A stretch of 64,000 bases of DNA from Bacteroidales bacterium. GTDB lineage: Bacteria > Bacteroidota > Bacteroidia > Bacteroidales > P3. Under the pieces are notes generated by a model. It worked only from the letters and a program-made list of their open reading frames with translations, did not search any database and had not been told where the DNA came from. Position numbers and translations under genes: made by a program. The stretch spans positions 1,390 to 65,389 of the forward strand of contig JAFWZP010000106.1 in NCBI GenBank assembly GCA_017522255.1. Reading direction: 5' to 3'. How positions within the stretch are numbered: position 1 is the first letter of the stretch; every line of letters starts with the position of its first letter. Shown here one piece after another: positions 55,971-64,000 of this stretch.

Positions 55971-56257
55971 CAAAACCAAACCGAAAAGTGCGTATACTGT
56001 TAATACGTTGAACGAAAAGACTTTTGCTGCTACCTCACCTCTCTTACATCCTCGCAAAAGTATTTCAATCAACAAAGACACCATGTGTACAACGGCAAGG
56101 GAAAGAGTTATTTGAAATGCTTTAAGGCAACTTATAAAATTTGCCTATAGGGAGAAACTTTCAATTACATTCCTCTCATTTCCATATAAATTTCAACATC
56201 TCCAAATACTAAAACCGACGTTTTGTAGTTTATATAGAGCTTAAAAATCTATTATCA

Positions 56258-58564
56258 ATGAAAAGAATCGGATCCCTAATAATATTATTATCCACAATAT
56301 GTGGCATAGTGTTTTCGCAAAACATAGGACTGGGCAAATGGCGCAGTCATTTCTCGTACGACAAATTATACAAGGTAATACCTGCCGACAACTACATATA
56401 CGCACAAGGTGGCTTAGGACTCTTTTGCTACGACGACGACGAAAAGACAGTAAGCAAACACTCCAAAATAGAAGGTCTTAACGATGTGGATATAAAAACC
56501 GTGGCTTATGACACTGAGACCAAATGTTTGGCCATAGCCTACAAAAACTCCAATATCGACCTGATGATAAATGATGTGGTATACAATATTTCGGACATTA
56601 AGCGCAAAGAGATAAGTGGCGACAAGGCTATCTACAATATCAGCTTTGACAACAAAAAAGCCTACCTTGCCTGCGGTTTTGGAATAGTGGTGATAGACAT
56701 AACCCGGAAAGAAATATTTGATGTATACTACCTTGGTCCCAATGGCACATATATCAAAATAAACGATATAGCTTTTACATCTAACGCCATTGTGGTAGCC
56801 ACCGACGATGGTGTAATGCATATAGACAGGCAAAACCCCTTCCCCAACATAGCCGACAATTGGACTCACGACACTATTTCGGTGTTGGCTCACCAGCAAG
56901 TATGCGACCTACACGTGTTTAACAACAAGCTATTAGCCACCACACATCAAGGTGTCGACAGTTGCACCATATACACCCACGAAGGCGACGACCATTATAT
57001 GCCATGGATAATAGGGAACATAAAATCCGTCGAAAGCACCAATAATGAAGTGATAGTGTCAGCCTATGACCGAGTGATGATTTACGACCGCAACCTACAA
57101 CTCAAAGCCGAAGTAAAGGAAAGCAACACCTCGTGGTTTTCTATGGCCGCTATGCACGCTGCCCTCGACCGCCAAAACAAACTATGGATAGCCCACGAAT
57201 GGGCCGGCATGGTTATCTTTCGCGACTACACAAAGAAAGGTATCGAAACACTTAAACCATCGGGACCACGAAGCGACGACATATACAATCTATCGCCCTA
57301 CGGCAACGGAGTAATACTATCGCCCGGCAGTCGCAGAGGAGACTACTTTGTGGAAGCCAATGTGGCCACATACCAAAACAACGAGTGGACCAACCTCGAC
57401 GGAAGCCAATGCAAAGATACCTCGTGGAACATACTTGATGTAATAATAGACCCTACCAACAATAACAGAATGCTTGCAACATCGTGGCGCAACGGAGTGA
57501 TGGTGATAGAAAACAACAAAGCCATAGATTTATACAACGAAGAAAACACTTCCAATGCCTTATCGGCCTACACCGAAGGCAACTATCGCTCGCTGAGAGT
57601 GGGCGCTTGTGCTGCCGACGAATATAAAAACGTATGGTTTACCAACTCTTTAAAAGAAAATGGTTTGGTGGTACGTCGCAACGATGGCAGCTGGCAAGCT
57701 TTCAACACCCGTAATATGGTAACAGACGAAATATTCCGGATATTGGTGGACAGCATATACAACTATAAATGGTTTTATGGCGAAGGCAACCGCATATATG
57801 TACACGACGGCGAAGACCGTATGGCATACATAAACCCCAACAACGGCAGCAAACTGGAAACATCGAAGGTGAACTGCATAGTGCAAGACCACACCAACGA
57901 ACTATGGATAGGAACCGACAAAGGCATAAAAGTGATATACAACACCTCGTCAGCATTCAAGAATGGAGGCAACGGCGAAATGTCGCCAATAACATGTAGC
58001 AACATATTATACAGCGAAAACGACATAGTGGAATACCTGCTTGCCTACGAAAGTGTAAGCTGTATAGCCGTAGATGGAGCCAACCGCAAATGGATTGGAA
58101 CAGCATCGGGTGGCGTATTCCTCGTTTCGGAAAATGGATTGGAACAACTACAACATTTTTCGGAAAACAACAGCCCGTTGCCCTCCAACAAAATAGTGTC
58201 CATAGCCATATCGCCCGAAACCGGCGAAGTGTTTATAGGCACCGACAAAGGCCTGGTATCGTATAAAGGCACAGCCACCTACGCCACCTCGCAGCCAAGC
58301 CAAGAAATATATGCCTTCCCCAACCCGGTACGCCCCGAATACAATGGCAATATAGCCATAAAAGGATTTACCCGCAATGCCATAGTGCATATAACCGACG
58401 CAAGCGGCAAGGTAGTGTACAGCACCCAAGCCCATGGCGGACAAGCTATATGGAACGGCAAAACCAACCAAGGCATACGTGTGGCAACGGGAGTATACTA
58501 CGTGTTCGCTTCCGACCAAAACGGCAAAAACACATCGGTGGCAAAAATATTATTTGTAAACTAA
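56258..58564 (+). CDS. porZ: PorZ-like T9SS component (double beta-propeller protein with T9SS C-terminal domain)
   Basis: 768 aa with a signal peptide and many two-component-regulator-propeller-type repeats. C-terminal FPNPVRP..GVYYVFASD..AKILFVN. Gene order is porZ-recO. Confidence 0.7.
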   Translation: MKRIGSLIILLSTICGIVFSQNIGLGKWRSHFSYDKLYKVIPADNYIYAQGGLGLFCYDDDEKTVSKHSKIEGLNDVDIKTVAYDTETKCLAIAYKNSNIDLMINDVVYNISDIKRKEISGDKAIYNISFDNKKAYLACGFGIVVIDITRKEIFDVYYLGPNGTYIKINDIAFTSNAIVVATDDGVMHIDRQNPFPNIADNWTHDTISVLAHQQVCDLHVFNNKLLATTHQGVDSCTIYTHEGDDHYMPWIIGNIKSVESTNNEVIVSAYDRVMIYDRNLQLKAEVKESNTSWFSMAAMHAALDRQNKLWIAHEWAGMVIFRDYTKKGIETLKPSGPRSDDIYNLSPYGNGVILSPGSRRGDYFVEANVATYQNNEWTNLDGSQCKDTSWNILDVIIDPTNNNRMLATSWRNGVMVIENNKAIDLYNEENTSNALSAYTEGNYRSLRVGACAADEYKNVWFTNSLKENGLVVRRNDGSWQAFNTRNMVTDEIFRILVDSIYNYKWFYGEGNRIYVHDGEDRMAYINPNNGSKLETSKVNCIVQDHTNELWIGTDKGIKVIYNTSSAFKNGGNGEMSPITCSNILYSENDIVEYLLAYESVSCIAVDGANRKWIGTASGGVFLVSENGLEQLQHFSENNSPLPSNKIVSIAISPETGEVFIGTDKGLVSYKGTATYATSQPSQEIYAFPNPVRPEYNGNIAIKGFTRNAIVHITDASGKVVYSTQAHGGQAIWNGKTNQGIRVATGVYYVFASDQNGKNTSVAKILFVN

Positions 58565-58573
58565 CAACCTACC

Positions 58574-59302
58574 ATGATAGCAAACACACAAGGTTTTGTA
58601 TTGCGTACCATACCATACTCCGAAAGCAGTGTAATAGCCAAAATATTTACACAGCACAATGGATTGCAGTCTTTTATAATAAAAGGAGTACGCAGTGCAA
58701 AGGGGCGAAACAAACAAAACATGCTGCAACCACTATCATACATAGACTTTACGTTTTACCAAAACAGCAAAGCCGAAATAAAATACATAAAAGAAATAAA
58801 ACCCGCCAAACAATGGCACTCCATACCTTTCGATTGCACAAAAACATCGATACTATTCTTTATGACCGAGCTGCTATACAAAACAGTACGCGAAGAAGAA
58901 GAAAACCACACCATGTTTGCCCATATACTCAACTCCGTTTCAGCACTCGACGAGCAAAACGAAGCACTCGCCAACTTCCCAATAACTTTTATGATATCTA
59001 CAGCCAAGCAATTAGGCATAATACCACTCAACAACTACGACAACCAACACACCATATTCAGTATGCACGAAGGACGCTTTGTAAACGACAACCCTTTGGT
59101 TTACACCAAGCAGCAAACCTTACTCAACAAAGACACCAGTCTTGTGCTACACCTTTACTTATCCTCTGCATCACTCATTCCCACTCCCCCATTCGCGCTA
59201 CGTATGGCAGTACTTACTGCTTTGTTGGACTACTACAAAATACATTTCAACGACCTCCACGATTTTCAATCGCACCTGATACTACATCAAGTACTGCAAT
59301 AA
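58574..59302 (+). CDS. recO: DNA repair protein RecO
   Basis: N-terminal OB-fold pattern GFVLRTIPYSESSVIAKIFT...G..SFIIKG. 242 aa. Confidence 0.85.
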   Translation: MIANTQGFVLRTIPYSESSVIAKIFTQHNGLQSFIIKGVRSAKGRNKQNMLQPLSYIDFTFYQNSKAEIKYIKEIKPAKQWHSIPFDCTKTSILFFMTELLYKTVREEEENHTMFAHILNSVSALDEQNEALANFPITFMISTAKQLGIIPLNNYDNQHTIFSMHEGRFVNDNPLVYTKQQTLLNKDTSLVLHLYLSSASLIPTPPFALRMAVLTALLDYYKIHFNDLHDFQSHLILHQVLQ

Positions 59303-59389
59303 CAACTACCATAATTTAACATCGTATATGTGTTGCCTATAAGCAAAGGACTATAGGCGAACCGAAACAGACTGCTTTCGAGGCAGGAA

Positions 59390-59690
59390 ATATATCCCTT
59401 CGAAAGCAATGGTCGGCAAACTTCGATTACTATAGTCGGCAAACTTCGATTAGCATAGTCGACAAAATACGAGAGCGATGGTTCGCTATCGCCGTGAGGG
59501 CGGTTCCCTCACGGCGTGAGGAGGGTGTCCTCAGGGCGTGAGGGAGGTCTCCTCACGCCGTAAGGAGACTATCGCAATCGAAGTTTATCGACTATCACTC
59601 TCGAACTCTTTCGACTATCGCTCTCGAAATTTATTGACCATCATTCTCGAACAAAATGTAAATTAACTGAAATACAAACACATAAAACCA
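59390..59690. repeat. ~300-bp cluster of inverted word repeats around a G/C-rich cctcacggcgtgagg core
   Basis: Left-side units agtcggcaaacttcgatta (x2) and agtcgacaaaatacgagagcgat recur as reverse complements on the right (gcaatcgaagtttatcgact, atcgctctcgaaatttattgaccat). Confidence 0.75.
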
Positions 59691-59795
59691 CAACAAAATG
59701 TCTATAGGATTTTAAAAGAACTGCGGCCTATCGGACAAAAATTCCACATTCCAAGCCTCTATCTTATCCAAAGCCACAACACTTTCGAAAACATA

Positions 59796-59889
59796 TTAAG
59801 GCAACTTCTAAAAATTCCACGTTTCAGTAAAATAGAAGAATTCTTCTTTAAACTTTTGCGTGCAAAGCAATTTTTTGAAATTGCCTTAA
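59796..59889. mobile_element. MITE-like 94-bp element with imperfect terminal inverted repeats (ttaaggcaacttc.. / ..gaaattgccttaa)
   Basis: Its 66-bp core (59798-59863) is identical to 62275-62340. Confidence 0.55.
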
Positions 59890-59985
59890 ACGATTTGGTT
59901 TCTGTTTATCCACAAACCTACTAATACTAAAACAAGATATTTATATCTATTCATTTGGTATTTTATTTCTTAATAAATATCTTTC

Positions 59986-60507
59986 TTAATTACCTGTACA
60001 CGTTGTAAAACGATTTGTACACTGATTTATTTGAGACACCCAATAGTATTTACCATTATTCCACTTTATTTGAACAAACCCACTACTTACATCTACATCG
60101 TAAACTTTATATTCGCCTTCAATATCATCCATGCTTATAGTAACAAACTCACTACTTACATTCGGCATTTCATATAAATGTATCTTTTTGTCGCTATGAC
60201 AAGTTAACCATACACCGGTATTTTCTAATTGTATCCATCCTGCTACATATTGACCTTTTACACCCTCAAATTCCATTTCTACAAAATAAAATCCATTTTC
60301 TTTTTTTCTAATAGTAATACCTCACCATAGTTCATATTCAGAATAATCCGACACTTTTGCCACTATTTTTCCATCGGTAGCAGTGGTATCATAAACTGTT
60401 ATACTTTTATTATCAAGAATAAACAAACTTATCGGATAAAGTAAAGATGTTTGAGAAACAGCACCCAATGGTGCTACAATGCTCAATATAAGAATTATTT
60501 TCCTCAT
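59986..60507 (-). pseudogene. secreted small protein gene interrupted by one in-frame TGA (at 60322-60324)
   Basis: ORFs 60322..60507 (signal peptide) and 59986..60276 share a frame. Reading through gives ..SEYELW*GITIRKKENGFYFVEMEFEG... Confidence 0.6.
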
Positions 60508-60518
60508 TGCTCTACCAT

Positions 60519-61292
60519 TTATTTGTTTAAATCCGTCCTAATATCCCAATTTGTATTTAGCTTGATTAAATCCTCTACTGTAAAAGATTCAACTGTGTTA
60601 TCATCTTTCCATAATGTTACAACCATATCTTCATATTCGGCATCAAAATATATTGTTAAAGACTCATCAACCTCGCTATATTCAATGCTATTAATCTCTA
60701 ATGTCTTGGAAACAAAATCATCAGCATACAAAAACTTTACTGTATAGTTTTTACCACGTTGTATGGTTGTTGAAATTTGAGAACTTGCCAAAACAGAATA
60801 TGTATGCAGTATTGCAGAAGTATTCAGCCAAGAGTCTATATCATGTACCGATTTCGAATTGATATAAAATTGCCGTGGTTTAAGAAAATCATCTTCCGTC
60901 TTCGAATCTATTCTTATTAAATGTAGTGTATCATTGCCTTGTGTAAGACACATTCTATGCCCAAATATCAATTCATGTGGCAATGTATAGGTAAACAAAA
61001 TAGAATCGCTATTGCTTAATTCCTCTATCAAAACGGCATTATAATCATACAAACAATTGTGTGAAACAATAATCGTATCGTTGTTGTGAGTATACTTTCC
61101 GATATATCCAAATTTCCTCGAAAAACATTCATCACTATTATGCAAAAACATAATACTATCGCCTATTATAACACACCTATTATAGTACTGATTTTCATTA
61201 CTTGCAGCAACATATATTCCATTTGGTATTTGTGCACATAGCGATGTGGTATCACACAACATAATCAAACATACAATTAAAATTTTCTTCAT
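60519..61292 (-). CDS. hypothetical secreted protein (257 aa)
   Basis: Signal peptide MKKILIVCLIMLCDTTSLCAQ. No other motif recognised. Confidence 0.6.
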   Translation of the reverse strand: MKKILIVCLIMLCDTTSLCAQIPNGIYVAASNENQYYNRCVIIGDSIMFLHNSDECFSRKFGYIGKYTHNNDTIIVSHNCLYDYNAVLIEELSNSDSILFTYTLPHELIFGHRMCLTQGNDTLHLIRIDSKTEDDFLKPRQFYINSKSVHDIDSWLNTSAILHTYSVLASSQISTTIQRGKNYTVKFLYADDFVSKTLEINSIEYSEVDESLTIYFDAEYEDMVVTLWKDDNTVESFTVEDLIKLNTNWDIRTDLNK

Positions 61293-61489
61293 ACTACTAC
61301 CATCTATATATTAATAATTTTCATATTGTATTATAAAGGTTAAACTACTTATACTACCGATGTTCTCTTTTGCTATACTCGTAACCACTTGTTAGTCTTA
61401 TAACGTTTCTTTCGTTATTTTATTTTCTTATTTTATAATTTGCAAGAATATACATTCTAAACTTTCTTGGTCCGGAGAATCTTATTTAG

Positions 61490-62095
61490 TCATATCCCTC
61501 TATAAAAGAATTTGAGAATATTTACTTCTTTTATAGTACATTTTCGACTAAAAGAATAGTCTATTTCTGTGTTTGGCTTTAAATATCCATACTTTTCCCG
61601 CCAATCTACATCTATAACAGCCCCACCTAAGCCATAACCCTCATACATAAGCTCTCCCTTCATTGAATATAATCCAAGAAATTCATTGGCTACACCACAT
61701 TTGTTTTCGCTTCCATCTGCCATAAAGAAAAATGTATCGCCATCTTGCTGAACCGACAATCCAATTACCGGAATAGTTTGGTATAATAATCTTTTGCCAT
61801 TGGTTGTATAAGCATATTTCTTGGGAATATTTACACTCTTACAATACTTCATAATACCGTTTTTGTAAACAGCAATTTTCTGTTCTCGTATAATCGGGTA
61901 TATAGGCACTGCCAAACTATCATTCCATTCCAACGTATCTTTGTAAATAACGGTCAGCAAACACAGTCTAATATCATCTTGTTCAATATTAGCATAAATA
62001 GTGTCATACAAATTACCTTCAACTTTAGTTACCTGTGCCAAAATATTAGTGGTAAAAACAACAAAGCCAAAGCATATTATAATTATCTTTTTCAT
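61490..62095 (-). CDS. hypothetical secreted protein (201 aa)
   Basis: Signal peptide MKKIIIICFGFVVFTTNILAQ. Confidence 0.6.
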   Translation of the reverse strand: MKKIIIICFGFVVFTTNILAQVTKVEGNLYDTIYANIEQDDIRLCLLTVIYKDTLEWNDSLAVPIYPIIREQKIAVYKNGIMKYCKSVNIPKKYAYTTNGKRLLYQTIPVIGLSVQQDGDTFFFMADGSENKCGVANEFLGLYSMKGELMYEGYGLGGAVIDVDWREKYGYLKPNTEIDYSFSRKCTIKEVNILKFFYRGI

Positions 62096-62274
62096 TTCTT
62101 CAGTAATTGTCCTATTGGTGTTGCTATCATTGAAATATTTGACATATTAGTTAAAACACATCTCTCGTCTATAACAGATTTGAAATTTTCTTTCCAATCT
62201 GATTTATCGGTCACAATGGATATTTGCTGTCGCCATACATCTATTAAAGTCATAATTATAGTTTTATTGTATTA

Positions 62275-62475
62275 AAGGCAACTTCTAAAAATTCCACGTT
62301 TCAGTAAAATAGAAGAATTCTTCTTTAAACTTTTGCGTGCTTTACGTTTTTTGCCGAAATCTTTCTATTTCTTTTTCAATCGCATAGCCCGCTATGCTCA
62401 ATCAAAAGAAAGTAGAAATCTTTTTAGCAAAATTCCGTAAATCACTTGCAAAGCAATTTTTAGAAATTGCCTATA
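62275..62475. mobile_element. second copy of the MITE-like element, carrying a ~105-bp nested palindromic insertion
   Basis: The 66-bp identical core is followed by an insertion at 62341-62446 with tttacg../..cgtaaa ends. The shared tail tgcaaagcaattttt.gaaattgcct then resumes. Confidence 0.55.
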
Positions 62476-62615
62476 AATAATTTGTTCATTCGATTTTTCA
62501 CAACATACTCCAAACACCGATTTATATGCATCGGCTTTGGTCTGTGAATCGCCCACCCCTTCTATAATCTCTATCTTTTGCATCAGTTCCAAATTCTTAA
62601 GGTTTTCGCCAATAG

Positions 62616-63128
62616 CTACTGCACTTGTTGTGGTTGAACTACTTGTATTGTAGGCGGTTGGCTTTGGCGGCGTTCTCTTTCGCTATACTTACAGCCATTG
62701 GCATTGATAAAGTGCTGTATTCCTTCGGGGTTGAGTTTCTTGTCTTTGATTAAATTCCAACGTGCAATCAGTTTAGCAACGGTTTCTTCTTTAAGTATCA
62801 ATGGTGAATCTATTTCTGCTACATCTTGGTAGCCATTAAACGAGAACACCAAATAAACCACCGGCACCCCATTAGGGCGTTGTGGGGTGGTCTTGTCCTT
62901 ATCGGTAAAGCTCTGCTGCGTAATAGTAATAAGCAAGTCGTTGTTCTCGTTGCTTATAAAAAACTGACAAGTGGTGCTCAACAGCTTGCAGCCTTCCTTT
63001 TCTATGTATGCCAAAGTGTCGCCGTTTACTATCATTTCGCCGTCTTTACCTACGGTTACTTTTTGTCTTTGTGCAAAGCCTGCCATGCTTATAGCCAACA
63101 GCATTGCAATTGTTAGTGCTTTTTTCAT
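62616..63128 (-). CDS. hypothetical secreted protein (170 aa)
   Basis: Signal peptide MKKALTIAMLLAISMAGFAQ. Confidence 0.6.
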   Translation of the reverse strand: MKKALTIAMLLAISMAGFAQRQKVTVGKDGEMIVNGDTLAYIEKEGCKLLSTTCQFFISNENNDLLITITQQSFTDKDKTTPQRPNGVPVVYLVFSFNGYQDVAEIDSPLILKEETVAKLIARWNLIKDKKLNPEGIQHFINANGCKYSERERRQSQPPTIQVVQPQQVQ

Positions 63129-63148
63129 GATATTTTATTTTTAATAAT

Positions 63149-63892
63149 TTAATCTACAGCAGTATATTCAAAAAGTTCTTTCCATCTTGTAACATGTCCA
63201 TTTAAAGTGAGTGTTCGAGTAATCAATACACATGTCAAACGTTCTTCTTTATCGTAAACAAAGGTTCTGTCTATTATATATTCCCTCATAACAAATCTAT
63301 CGGATACCAATTTGCCTTTTATTGTAGTGTACATAAAGAATTTAAATTGACACTCAACAGGTACGCCATATTTAAGAAAAGAATGTCCTACATCTTTATC
63401 GCATCTTGTATACATTGTATAAGACGGAATACTATCTACCGAACTTACTGTCCTTATGCGACCACTTTCCCATACAACTAACTCCATTATTGTATCTGCA
63501 AAAATTGTATCCATAGTCATTGGACTATGAAATAAGTATTCATACGGAGTCTCATACATAGAGATTACGCCATATTTATCATTTTCGAACAATGTCGAAT
63601 TTCTTTTAGTAATATCTTGAACAAATGAATTATTATGTTTTGATATGTATTCAATCAAAGCGTTGTTGTCGAGATATTTTATCGATTTTTCAGTTTTATC
63701 AATTTCATATAGCTTTTTCGTATCCGAAAAGAGCAGAATTTTACTAGAGATATCAATCCAAGGATGATATACCCAATCATTACTCCACCAACTTGACATT
63801 ACTGTTTTATTATACTCTATCTTAACATTTTGAGCATTGCATAAAGAAAAAAGCAGTATAGCAAATACTAATAGTATTATATTATTTTTCAT
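63149..63892 (-). CDS. hypothetical secreted protein (247 aa)
   Basis: Signal peptide MKNNIILLVFAILLFSLCNAQ. Confidence 0.6.
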   Translation of the reverse strand: MKNNIILLVFAILLFSLCNAQNVKIEYNKTVMSSWWSNDWVYHPWIDISSKILLFSDTKKLYEIDKTEKSIKYLDNNALIEYISKHNNSFVQDITKRNSTLFENDKYGVISMYETPYEYLFHSPMTMDTIFADTIMELVVWESGRIRTVSSVDSIPSYTMYTRCDKDVGHSFLKYGVPVECQFKFFMYTTIKGKLVSDRFVMREYIIDRTFVYDKEERLTCVLITRTLTLNGHVTRWKELFEYTAVD

Positions 63893-64000
63893 CTTTATCT
63901 TTTTTTCATTTCATTTATTTTCTCTAAGACCTTCTATGTTCCCTGATTAGTTATAAAATGTCTACTATAATATTTTGCATTTAATAGTTAGTCTATAACT

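Noticed and set aside
60322-60324. The in-frame TGA as selenocysteine or a reassigned codon.
   Set aside because: No SECIS-like hairpin is obvious immediately downstream. TGA also terminates several well-defined genes in the window, so a nonsense mutation or a sequencing error is more parsimonious.
62398-62592. A 64 aa minus-strand ORF.
   Set aside because: Most of it is encoded by the nested palindromic insertion and the tail of the MITE-like element. It is likely spurious.

Overview
The window looks like a Bacteroidales (Bacteroidota) chromosome segment. Evidence: many TAnnTTTG -7 promoter boxes, T9SS C-terminal sorting domains, a PorZ-like gene and a UpxY-like NusG paralogue.

Two housekeeping blocks are confidently readable. 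The first spans 3.8-26.3 kb: hppA, an NlpC/P60 lipoprotein, an FtsB-like protein, a PpiD-like PPIase, a U32 peptidase, an AmpG-like MFS transporter, a BKACE enzyme, a secreted PAD/agmatine-deiminase-family protein, nnr, rpmA-rplU, an aat-folK fusion, pnp, rpsO and htpG. The second spans 56.2-59.3 kb: porZ-like and recO.

Between them lies the main item. It is a ~27 kb block (26.55-53.8 kb) that is more AT-rich by eye and holds 24 tightly packed genes, all on the minus strand.
- It starts with a UpxY-like antiterminator and an ECF-like sigma/anti-sigma pair.
- It contains seven Hsp70/actin-fold ATPase paralogues, one fused to a ~470 aa N-terminal region and one with degenerate motifs.
- It contains three soluble M48-type and one DA1-like Zn-metalloprotease, and two Zn-ribbon proteins.
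- It encodes a coiled-coil protein with a GrpE-like C-terminus and two membrane-anchored proteins with external domains.
- At the distal end is a RiPP-like module: a Cys-rich 67 aa peptide, a radical-SAM/SPASM enzyme and a GNAT.
- I do not recognise this architecture as any described system.

A divergent tyrosine recombinase gene abuts the operon start. It is bracketed by an 18-bp perfect inverted repeat, and each arm carries an outward-facing promoter -7 box, which suggests a Hin-like invertible switch.

Both window edges carry arrays of small hypothetical, secreted or lipoprotein genes with duplicated promoter/start cassettes and MITE-like repeats. Several intergenic regions contain word-like tandem or inverted repeat clusters belonging to dispersed families.

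I found no rRNA, tRNA or CRISPR array. All domain calls come from motifs read by eye, and no database search was possible.
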